Of a stretch of DNA of 20,342 bases, positions 8,798-16,558 are shown one piece after another. Each line of letters opens with the position of its first letter. Position 1 is the stretch's first letter. The stretch spans positions 18,664-39,005 of the forward strand of contig CAZEBC010000015.1 of the NCBI GenBank assembly GCA_964510165.1, in the 5' to 3' direction. The notes beneath the pieces were generated by a model that was given only the letters and a program-made list of their open reading frames with translations, made no database searches and was not told where the DNA came from. A program made the position numbers and the translations under genes. This DNA comes from an uncultured bacterium (GTDB lineage: Bacteria > Abyssobacteria > SURF-5).

Positions 8798-8813
8798 TGG
8801 CAGGCATGTTGCA
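8798..8813 (+). promoter_or_regulatory. Sigma54 (RpoN) -24/-12 promoter
   Basis: TGGCAGGCATGTTGCA: GG-N10-GC spacing, one mismatch to TGGCACG-N4-TTGCW, about 57 nt upstream of the 8870 start. Confidence 0.8.
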
Positions 8814-8869
8814 TAAATATTCATCCGACAGCGTAAGGCAAATCCGAATTTCGGAAAAGGAACCAAGTC

Positions 8870-9610
8870 ATGCACCTGCTTCTGGCCATCCTGACATTCG
8901 CGATACTTATTGGTGTGAGTCTCCTGTCTGAGTTTCTCAAGAAACGGACCTTTTCGAAGGCAGCCTTTGAGGCGGCAGTGTTGCCGGATCATTCGATAAG
9001 CGAGGGGATGACGGCTTCTCCGCCGACTATAGCCGTACTTCCTTCGGGCGAAGATGGGCGTCGGGTGGAGGGTTACATCCTCCCTGAATCGCTTTATTAC
9101 CACCAGGGGCATTCGTGGGTTGCTCCCCAGGGGGAGGAAACCGCGCTGGTCGGGATGGACGAATTCGCGTGCAAGCTGATCGGCCGCCCGACCTCGATAG
9201 TTGTTCCTAAGGTGGGCGAAACGTTTCGACAGGGAGAGAAGGGGTGGATGGTCAAGCGAGGGGACAAGGCTGCGAACATGGTGTTTCCGCTTGACGGCAA
9301 GGTGGTCGCGGTAAATGAAGCAGCGCTGAGGCATCCGGAGCTTATGACAAGCGAGCCGTACGGGCGGGGATGGTTGTTTATGGTGAAGACCAGGAGCCTG
9401 AGGTGGAACGTGCGGAATCTTCTCAGGGGCGCGGTCGCGCGGCGGTGGATGGAGGAGTCGGCGGCGGAGCTGAGGGCTTTATTCGACGGAAAGATCGGAT
9501 ATGTGTTTCAGGACGGCGGTTTGCCTGAGGAAGGGGTGGCCGACCGTTTGGGGGCGGCACAATGGCGCGAACTGGCTCGGCGCGTGTTTCTGGTCGAGCC
9601 GAAGGATTAA
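8870..9610 (+). CDS. Membrane-anchored glycine cleavage H-protein-like protein 1 (no canonical lipoyl Lys)
   Basis: 246 aa; N-terminal hydrophobic helix; H-protein motifs LYYHQGHSWV, VGMDEFA, PLDGKVVAVNE, SEPYGRGWLF; C-terminal FQDGG extension. Confidence 0.88.
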   Translation: MHLLLAILTFAILIGVSLLSEFLKKRTFSKAAFEAAVLPDHSISEGMTASPPTIAVLPSGEDGRRVEGYILPESLYYHQGHSWVAPQGEETALVGMDEFACKLIGRPTSIVVPKVGETFRQGEKGWMVKRGDKAANMVFPLDGKVVAVNEAALRHPELMTSEPYGRGWLFMVKTRSLRWNVRNLLRGAVARRWMEESAAELRALFDGKIGYVFQDGGLPEEGVADRLGAAQWRELARRVFLVEPKD

Positions 9611-9642
9611 TACGAGGCTTCTGAACAAAGGAGAATACGAAA

Positions 9643-10374
9643 ATGATTCCGGTAGCCCTGCCATTCGCGATTCTGGTGGTCACGTTCCTGGTCCTTGTTC
9701 TTGTGTCATTGGGGGTTTTGCTGGGATCAAACTACCTGCTTGGATTGATCGGGCTGAGGACGAAGGAGGCGGCTGAAAAGGGAGCGCTCGCCGGACCGGC
9801 CGTGTCTCGGGTCGAGGGTTACAGTCTTCCCGAACACCTGTTCTATCACGCCGGGCACACATGGGTTTGCCCGCAGGGACTGGATATGGCGCTGGTCGGG
9901 GTGGATGAGTTTGCCGGAAAACTGATTGGCCGCCCGACTTTTGTTTCGATCCCGCAAGTAGGACAGCGAGTGATGGAGGGCCAGAGAGGATGGACCTTGC
10001 ATCGAAAGGGAAGAGACCTCGATATCCGGATGCCTATGGATGGAGAGGTCATAGCCCTTAACGAGGAGGCGCTCCGAAATCCCGACCTCCTGGCGAGAGA
10101 CCCGTACGGCAAGGGTTGGCTCGCGATGGTGCGGGTAAGAGACGTGAGGCGGGGTCTGTCGGGCCTGCTCAGCGGCGCGGCTGCGCGTGACTGGATGGAG
10201 CGTTCGGCGGCCGAGCTGCGGTCAATATTCAGCGGCAGATTCGGGCTTGTGTTTCAGGACGGCGGCTTGCCGCAGGAAGACCTGGCCGAGCATGTCGGCG
10301 TGGAAGAATGGGACACGCTTGTGGACCGCTTCTTCCCGAGCGCTTCAAAAAGCATGAAACAAAACGCCCTGTAA
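9643..10374 (+). CDS. Membrane-anchored glycine cleavage H-protein-like protein 2 (no canonical lipoyl Lys)
   Basis: 243 aa; AGGAG RBS; N-terminal TM; LFYHAGHTWV, VGVDEFA, PMDGEVIALNE, DPYGKGWL, FQDGG; clear paralog of the preceding gene. Confidence 0.88.
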   Translation: MIPVALPFAILVVTFLVLVLVSLGVLLGSNYLLGLIGLRTKEAAEKGALAGPAVSRVEGYSLPEHLFYHAGHTWVCPQGLDMALVGVDEFAGKLIGRPTFVSIPQVGQRVMEGQRGWTLHRKGRDLDIRMPMDGEVIALNEEALRNPDLLARDPYGKGWLAMVRVRDVRRGLSGLLSGAAARDWMERSAAELRSIFSGRFGLVFQDGGLPQEDLAEHVGVEEWDTLVDRFFPSASKSMKQNAL

Positions 10375-10406
10375 CAAACAACCTGATGAAAGGAGAGGTA
10401 CACGAG

Positions 10407-11114
10407 ATGGTTCCCGTCGCAATCGCGGGGATAGCGTTGGCGTTCATTGTGGTGGACGTGGCGATCCAGTTCATACAGCACAGGCGCGGCAAGGTGGTGT
10501 ATGGCTTCTTCCTACCGGACCCGCCCGAGGCGCATTCGGCGCAGCCGGCGAATTACGGCAGGATGCTCGAATGTCTGAGAGGGTTCGGCATCGCGCCCGC
10601 GCAGAACGTGTTTGTTCACGCGGGCCACACCTGGGCCGCCATCGAGGAAAGCGGTCAGGCGGCGATTGGCATGGACGCGTTTGCGCGGAATGCGATTGGC
10701 AGGATCAACGAGGTCACACTTCCCCGCGTGGGCCAGAAGGTCCGCCAGGGGGAGCGGCTGTTTTCGGTGCGGCAGGGCGGCCGCATCGCGGAGTTCGTGT
10801 CGCCGATTAACGGCACTGTCACTGCATTGAACGAGTCGCCGAAGAGTCAAAGCGCCGGGTCGGCCTGGCTGTGCAAGGTCAACCCGAGCAACCTCGCCAA
10901 GGATGTCAAGGCTCTTCGGATCGCCGAAAACGCGGTGAAATGGATGTACGGCGAGTTGTTCAGATTGCATGAACTGGTGGCCGGCCAGATACCCAGGCTG
11001 GAGACGGTCGGGGCAACCATGCAGGACGGCGCGGTTGCTCTGGATAATCTGCTCGAGTCTCTCGACGACGACGCCTGGAAGCTTTTCCGAGAACAATTTC
11101 TCCAGAATTCCTGA
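10407..11114 (+). CDS. Membrane-anchored glycine cleavage H-protein-like protein 3 (no canonical lipoyl Lys)
   Basis: 235 aa from ATG at 10407 after AGGAGAGG; N-terminal TM; FVHAGHTWA, IGMDAFA, SPINGTVTALNE, MQDGA; lacks the DPYG segment. Confidence 0.85.
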   Translation: MVPVAIAGIALAFIVVDVAIQFIQHRRGKVVYGFFLPDPPEAHSAQPANYGRMLECLRGFGIAPAQNVFVHAGHTWAAIEESGQAAIGMDAFARNAIGRINEVTLPRVGQKVRQGERLFSVRQGGRIAEFVSPINGTVTALNESPKSQSAGSAWLCKVNPSNLAKDVKALRIAENAVKWMYGELFRLHELVAGQIPRLETVGATMQDGAVALDNLLESLDDDAWKLFREQFLQNS

Positions 11115-11132
11115 TCCATCGGAGGTACAAGA

Positions 11133-11942
11133 ATGAGCAAGGGAATGTTGATAGATACTACCATGTGCATCGGGTGCCTGTCGTGTGAAGTGGCGTGCTC
11201 CGAGAAGAACCAGTTGGGAGAGTGCGACGAGTCGGACCTGTCGGCATGCAAGTTCACGAAGGTGTTCGAGCGGGGCGATTATTATGTCAGAAAGATGTGC
11301 ATGCATTGCAAAGAGCCGGCGTGCGCATCGGTGTGTCCCGTCGGCGCGCTGACCAAGCTGGAGGAAGGCCCGGTCATTTACGATGAGAAGAAATGCATCG
11401 GATGCAGGTACTGCATGCAGGCGTGCCCCTTCCAGATACCTACGTATGAATGGGCCAGCGCGCTTCCGCGCGTGAGGAAATGCTGGTTCTGTTATGACCG
11501 CGTGCTTGTAGGCGAGCAGCCGGCCTGCGCCGAGGTCTGCCCGACCGGCGCGACCATGTTCGGGGACCGCGCCTCGCTGCTGGTCGAGGCCAGGAGGAGA
11601 ATCAAAGAAAACCCGGGCCAATACCATGACCACATCTTTGGGGAGCGCGAGGTGGGAGGCACCTCGATGTTATTCCTCTCGGCCGTCCCGTTTGACCAAA
11701 TCGGTTTCAAGTCGAACCTTATCGAGAAGCCGCTGCCGCTTCTCACCTGGAACGTGCTTTCGAAGATACCCGATTTCGTGCTGGTGGGCGGCACGCTGCT
11801 CGGAGGGGTGGCGTGGGTGATCAACCGCCGCATGCAGCTTGAGGACGAGAGGATACGCGAGGCCGAGGAGCGCCGGATGAACGGCCTTGAGCCTCCGAAG
11901 AAAGGGTTGGCGCGCTTGTTTGAGCGGATCAGGAAAGGTTAA
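11133..11942 (+). CDS. HybA/FdnH/HmcB-like 4x[4Fe-4S] electron-transfer subunit with C-terminal TM helix
   Basis: 269 aa; four Cys groups CIGCLSCEVAC, CMHCKEPACASVC, CIGCRYCMQAC, CWFC...PACAEVC; HIFGEREVGGTS motif; C-terminal hydrophobic helix; GGAGG RBS. Confidence 0.92.
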   Translation: MSKGMLIDTTMCIGCLSCEVACSEKNQLGECDESDLSACKFTKVFERGDYYVRKMCMHCKEPACASVCPVGALTKLEEGPVIYDEKKCIGCRYCMQACPFQIPTYEWASALPRVRKCWFCYDRVLVGEQPACAEVCPTGATMFGDRASLLVEARRRIKENPGQYHDHIFGEREVGGTSMLFLSAVPFDQIGFKSNLIEKPLPLLTWNVLSKIPDFVLVGGTLLGGVAWVINRRMQLEDERIREAEERRMNGLEPPKKGLARLFERIRKG

Positions 11943-11944
11943 TC

Positions 11945-13192
11945 ATGGCTCTGCCGATGGCCATCAAGAATAGAAAGGTTGACGCAATGAACCGAAAATG
12001 GATTCCCAAGATAACGTTCTGGAGAGTTGTCTTCGCAATGATCTTCGTGATGGGACTCTATGTGACGTACATCAGGCTTTTCAAGGGACTTGGCGCATCG
12101 ACCGCGCTGAGCGACAAATTCCCGTGGGGGCTGTGGGTTGGATTCGACGTGTTGTGTGGAGTCGGCCTGGCGGCGGGCGGCTTCACGATAACATTGGCCG
12201 TGCATGTATTCAACCTGAAGAAATACAAGCCGATCCTTCCCTCGACGGTGCTGAGCGCGTTTCTGGGTTATAATCTTGTGAGCGCGGGACTCATGTACGA
12301 CATCGGGAGGCCGTACCGGATATGGCATCCGCTGATTTTCTGGAACCATCATTCGGTGATGTTCGAGGTTGCGTGGTGCGTGATGCTGTATACGAGTGTG
12401 CTCGCGCTGGAGTTCAGCCCGATGGTGTTGAAAAGGCTGAACTGGGAAAAGCCGCTCCGGATAGTGAAGGCGATTACGATCCCACTGGTGATTGTGGGCT
12501 TTATCCTTTCGACACTGCACCAGTCATCGCTCGGGACGGTGTTTCTCATCGCTCCCGGCAGGCTGCATCAATTGTGGTATACTCCGATTCTGCCGCTGAT
12601 GTTCTTCACGTCGGCGATTGCGGCGGGTCTCTCGATGGTGATTGTCGAGTCCTACCTGAGCCGGCGCGCGTTTCAGAAGCGGCTTGAGTTGGACCTTCTT
12701 AGCGGGGTGGGGCGCGCACTCGTGGTGGCGCTCGCAGTGTACCTCGTTCTGAAGTTGAAGGACTTATACAATAGGGATGCATTCGGGCTGCTGTTCAACG
12801 GCAGCCATGAGAGCGGAATGTTTCTGGTCGAACTGGGTCTCGGAGTCGCGGCGCCTTTGGGGCTCCTGGCCACTCGGCGCGTTCGCGAGAGCCAGGCCGG
12901 CCTGTTCATCTCGGCGCTGATGGTTGCGCTCGGGTTTGTTGTCAACCGGCTCAACGTGAGCATTACCGGCATGATGCGCTCGTCAGGAGTCGTCTATTTC
13001 CCGTCGTGGATGGAGATAGGGGTCACCATGTTCCTGGTGGCGATGGGATTTGCGTTCTTCGCGCTTGCGGTGAAATATCTGCCGATCTTCCCCGAGGAAA
13101 AGGCGACCGAGGAGCCGGCGGCGGAAACCCTGAGGTATCTGGCCCCCGCACGCCGGGCCGCGGGTGACGAGGGCGAGCTTCAGGCGTCGTAG
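11945..13192 (+). CDS. hybB: NrfD/PsrC-family integral membrane subunit, HybB/HmcC-like
   Basis: 415 aa; LSDKFPWGLWVGFDVLCGVGLAAGGF, DIGRPYRIWHP, SVMFEVAWCV, LSTLHQSSLG, NRLNVSITG, YFPSWME. The symbol reflects family similarity only; no hydrogenase subunits are adjacent. Start may be 11987. Confidence 0.88.
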   Translation: MALPMAIKNRKVDAMNRKWIPKITFWRVVFAMIFVMGLYVTYIRLFKGLGASTALSDKFPWGLWVGFDVLCGVGLAAGGFTITLAVHVFNLKKYKPILPSTVLSAFLGYNLVSAGLMYDIGRPYRIWHPLIFWNHHSVMFEVAWCVMLYTSVLALEFSPMVLKRLNWEKPLRIVKAITIPLVIVGFILSTLHQSSLGTVFLIAPGRLHQLWYTPILPLMFFTSAIAAGLSMVIVESYLSRRAFQKRLELDLLSGVGRALVVALAVYLVLKLKDLYNRDAFGLLFNGSHESGMFLVELGLGVAAPLGLLATRRVRESQAGLFISALMVALGFVVNRLNVSITGMMRSSGVVYFPSWMEIGVTMFLVAMGFAFFALAVKYLPIFPEEKATEEPAAETLRYLAPARRAAGDEGELQAS

Positions 13193-13229
13193 GGCGGTTA
13201 TGTGGAGCGTCAATAGCACCGAATTCACC

Positions 13230-13309
13230 CCCCTCACCCTGCCCTCTCCCACTGGGAAAGGTAAACACGAGTACGCCCTCTCCCGCTGGGAGAGGGTTGG
13301 GGTGAGGGA
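13230..13309 (-). repeat. BoxC-like composite palindromic element, copy 2 (inverted relative to copy 1)
   Basis: Reverse complement aligns to 2221-2301 with about 9 differences by manual alignment. Confidence 0.85.
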
Positions 13310-13345
13310 CAAGAACACGATAAAACGAAGAAATACAGAACTTGC

Positions 13346-13374
13346 TTGACCAGCGGCAATTTATTTATTAGAAT
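13346..13374 (+). promoter_or_regulatory. Sigma70 promoter for the kinase-cytochrome-qrc unit
   Basis: TTGACC-17 nt-TAGAAT in an AT-rich stretch. Confidence 0.55.
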
Positions 13375-13488
13375 AATGATAGGATTCCTTCTCGGTTGGG
13401 GGTCGAGGCCGGGAGATCCTATCCCTCTTTGCTTACACCCCATAGTATAATGGTGTACAAGCCTGTTCCGCCCCAATAGGCCAAGACG

Positions 13489-15138
13489 GTGAACCCAGTC
13501 AAGAGATTGTTCAGCGTTTCCAGCAGTTTGGCGGTCAAGCTCATCATGTGTGTGGTGGGCAGCGTCGTGATCATATTCGGGGTGTTCGGCTACATCAACA
13601 TAGAGAACAGCCGGGAACACCTCGAGGGTCTGGTGCTGACGAGCGCACAGGGTGTCGGCGACATCGTCAAGAGGAGCACCCGGCTCTCGATGCTGAAGAA
13701 CCGTCGTGATGAACTCTATCATATGATCAACCAGATAGGAAACGAGCCGGGCATACACAAGATCCGGATTCTGAATAAAGAGGGCAAGATCACGTTCTCG
13801 ACGGACGAGGCCGAAGTGAACACGTATGTGGACAAGAAGGGTGAAGCCTGCTATGCGTGTCATACGCGGCAGCAGCCGCTGGAGAAGCTTTCCCGTCCCG
13901 ACCGCGCAAGGATATACAGGGTGAATGGCGAGCGGTTGCTTGGGCTTATCCAGCCGATCGAGAACGAACCGGACTGCTATACGGCTCCCTGTCACGTGCA
14001 TCCGGAGTCCAAGACGGTGCTCGGGGTTTTCGACATCAATCTTTCGCTCGCGAAGGTGGACGAGAGCATCGGCGAGTATCAGCGGAATTACGTGATGAAC
14101 CTGCTCGTCGTGATGGTCGCCGTCTCGATTGTTTCGGCGGCGTTCGTGTGGCTGATGATTTACGGGCCAGTCAAGAAGCTGATCACGGGCACCAAGCGAA
14201 TCGCGATGGGCGACATGGATTACCGGATCGACACGAAATCGTCGGACGAACTGGGATTGCTGGCCGTTTCCTTCAACAAGATGACGAGCGATCTGAAGAA
14301 GGCGCAGGACGAAATCACGGAATGGACGAAAACGCTTGAAGACCGCGTGGCCCACAAGACCGAGGAGCTGCAGAAAGCCAACGATCTGATACTCCAGGCG
14401 GAGAAGCTGGCGTCGGTGGGAAGGCTGGCGGCGGTAGTGGCGCACGAACTGAACAACCCGCTCGCGGGAATCGTCGCGTACTCCAAGCTGCTGCTCAAAC
14501 GGATGGACAGAAACAGCTTTTCGGAGAACGGATATGAGAAGAGCAGGGAAATCACTTCGATGATCATGAGCGAGGCGCTTCGCTGCGGCGAGATCGTAAA
14601 GAACCTGCTTCAGTTCTCGCGGCAGTCAGACGTGGTGCTTGCGCCAAACGATATCTGCGCCATCATCCGTGATTCGACCCGGCTGATTGAACACCTGGTG
14701 ACCCTCCGGAGCATAGACCTGCAGCTTGACCTTGACGAGGGAATACCGCTTGTGCACTGCGACGCTCAAAAGATCAAGCAGGTCTTGCTCGCGCTGCTCA
14801 TAAACGCCTGTGATGCGATAGCGGACGAGGGTCTGCTCAGGATCGGCTGCCGCCGTCTGGCGTCCTCGAACGGCGTGGAAATCACGGTACAGGACAACGG
14901 GGTTGGGATGGACGAAGACACGATGCGGCATATCTTCGAGCCGTTCTTCACGACGAAGGAAGAAGGCAGCGGAGTGGGCCTGGGCCTTTCCGTCGCCCAC
15001 TCGATAATCAAGCGGCACGGCGGCACGATATCGGTTCGAAGCACCGTGAATGAAGGCGCCGCGTTCACGATTCTGCTGCCGGTGACTCCGCGCGTGTTCA
15101 ATGACGAGATGCCGACAAAGGAGCATGTGAGCTTCTGA
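13489..15138 (+). CDS. HAMP-domain sensor histidine kinase with periplasmic c-type heme motifs
   Basis: 549 aa, GTG start; two TM helices around a sensor domain with CYACH and CYTAPCH; HAMP (DELGLLAVSFNKM); H-box AHELNNPL; N, G1 (DNGVGM), F (FEPFFTTK) and G2 (GVGLGLS) boxes. Confidence 0.93.
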   Translation: MNPVKRLFSVSSSLAVKLIMCVVGSVVIIFGVFGYINIENSREHLEGLVLTSAQGVGDIVKRSTRLSMLKNRRDELYHMINQIGNEPGIHKIRILNKEGKITFSTDEAEVNTYVDKKGEACYACHTRQQPLEKLSRPDRARIYRVNGERLLGLIQPIENEPDCYTAPCHVHPESKTVLGVFDINLSLAKVDESIGEYQRNYVMNLLVVMVAVSIVSAAFVWLMIYGPVKKLITGTKRIAMGDMDYRIDTKSSDELGLLAVSFNKMTSDLKKAQDEITEWTKTLEDRVAHKTEELQKANDLILQAEKLASVGRLAAVVAHELNNPLAGIVAYSKLLLKRMDRNSFSENGYEKSREITSMIMSEALRCGEIVKNLLQFSRQSDVVLAPNDICAIIRDSTRLIEHLVTLRSIDLQLDLDEGIPLVHCDAQKIKQVLLALLINACDAIADEGLLRIGCRRLASSNGVEITVQDNGVGMDEDTMRHIFEPFFTTKEEGSGVGLGLSVAHSIIKRHGGTISVRSTVNEGAAFTILLPVTPRVFNDEMPTKEHVSF

Positions 15139-15139
15139 T

Positions 15140-16522
15140 ATGAAGTGCGCTGATAGAAAAACCAAGGGGGCAAATCGTGTGCGAATGAATTCGGGCCTAA
15201 AAAACGGCAAGCCGGCAAAGACTGTAATCGCGTGTGTGATGCTGTTGCTGGTCTCGGCGGGCGTATGGGCGTCCGAACAGGCGGTGGACAACCAGGCGTG
15301 CATTGATTGTCACGGGGACAAGAGAAAAGTCAGCAAGCAGTTCAGCTTCATCGATCCGGCGGTCATCTCCGAGTCGGTACATGCCGAGACGCTGTGCATG
15401 GATTGTCATTCCGACGCGAAGCTGACCGAGGCGGATGAGCAGGGAATCCCGCACAGGAAGGATTTGGGCGAGGTCAACTGCTCTCAGTGTCATTACAGAG
15501 GAAATGGCGAGGGCGCTCCCAATTTCAGCCCGATGCAGGAATACAAGACGAGCGTCCACGGGCGCGCCTCGCTGGAGCGGGGGGACCGCGACGTAGCGAC
15601 GTGTTCCGCGTGCCACGGCAAGCATAACATCAGGCCAGCGTCGGACCCGCAGTCCACTATCTATCGCGCCAATATCCCGAGCACGTGCGCGGTGTGCCAC
15701 GACAACATGCAGATGATCCTCAAGCACAATATCCACGCGGAGCAGCCGTACAGGGAATATGAGCAGAGCGTACATGGAAAGGCGCTGTTCAAGGACGGCC
15801 TTGTGACGCTGGCGGCGGTGTGCACCGATTGTCACGGCGTGCACGACATCCAGCCGAACGGGTCCGAGGACCTCAAGCCGCATCAGCCGGGCACGTGCGG
15901 CAGGTGCCATCTGGAAGAGTACAACGCGTACAGCCGGAGCATTCACGGAACCGCTTTCAAGGATGGAATAATGGATGCGCCTTCATGCTCAGACTGTCAC
16001 GGCGAGCATAAGATCGCCGCTCCGTGGAACCCCGATTCCAGCGTTTCGGCGCTGCACGTGGCAAACACGTGCGCGGGCTGTCATGACGACCTTACCAAGA
16101 TGAGCAAGTACAACATCCTGACCAACAAGGTGTCCACGTACAGGAAAAGCGACCACGGCGTGAGCAAAGACCTCGGCATCGTGTCGGTGGCCACGTGCGT
16201 GAGCTGTCATGGGTATCACGTGATACTGCCGGCCAACGACCCGCGCTCCTCGATCCACCCAGTGAATCTGGCGAAGACGTGCGGAGAGCCCATCTGTCAT
16301 CCGGGCGCGCCAAAGGAGCTGTTGCAGTCCAAGATTCATGTGGACACTGCCACTGCCGATTTCAAGAACCTGCAGCGCATACGAACCGTCGCGATCTGGT
16401 CGCTTGCAGCGATGGCGGCGATGGCGGTCGTCACGGGCGTGGGGCTTTTCGTCTCGCGCGTGGGGAAGTGCTTTTTCGGAGCTGCATCCAACGGGAGCGC
16501 GGACGATTCGGAGAATGAATGA
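15140..16522 (+). CDS. Multiheme cytochrome c (10 CxxCH + 1 CX4CH), signal peptide and C-terminal TM anchor
   Basis: CIDCH, CMDCH, CSQCH, CSACH, CAVCH, CTDCH, CGRCH, CSDCH, CAGCH, CVSCH and CGEPICH; repeated Y..S.HG modules; signal peptide ending VWA. True start may be 15179 or 15185. Confidence 0.92.
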   Translation: MKCADRKTKGANRVRMNSGLKNGKPAKTVIACVMLLLVSAGVWASEQAVDNQACIDCHGDKRKVSKQFSFIDPAVISESVHAETLCMDCHSDAKLTEADEQGIPHRKDLGEVNCSQCHYRGNGEGAPNFSPMQEYKTSVHGRASLERGDRDVATCSACHGKHNIRPASDPQSTIYRANIPSTCAVCHDNMQMILKHNIHAEQPYREYEQSVHGKALFKDGLVTLAAVCTDCHGVHDIQPNGSEDLKPHQPGTCGRCHLEEYNAYSRSIHGTAFKDGIMDAPSCSDCHGEHKIAAPWNPDSSVSALHVANTCAGCHDDLTKMSKYNILTNKVSTYRKSDHGVSKDLGIVSVATCVSCHGYHVILPANDPRSSIHPVNLAKTCGEPICHPGAPKELLQSKIHVDTATADFKNLQRIRTVAIWSLAAMAAMAVVTGVGLFVSRVGKCFFGAASNGSADDSENE

Positions 16523-16558
16523 CGGGCAAGCGGAGCCGCAAGGGAAAGCACGAGGCAA

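Noticed and set aside
8870-11114. A functional glycine cleavage system or sHdr-type LbpA lipoate-binding proteins
   Set aside because: No Lys at the canonical lipoyl position, membrane anchors present, and no gcvP/T/L, shdr or lipoate ligase genes in the window.
11133-13192. Hydrogenase-2 (hyb) operon
   Set aside because: No small or large NiFe subunits or maturation genes nearby; only family-level similarity.
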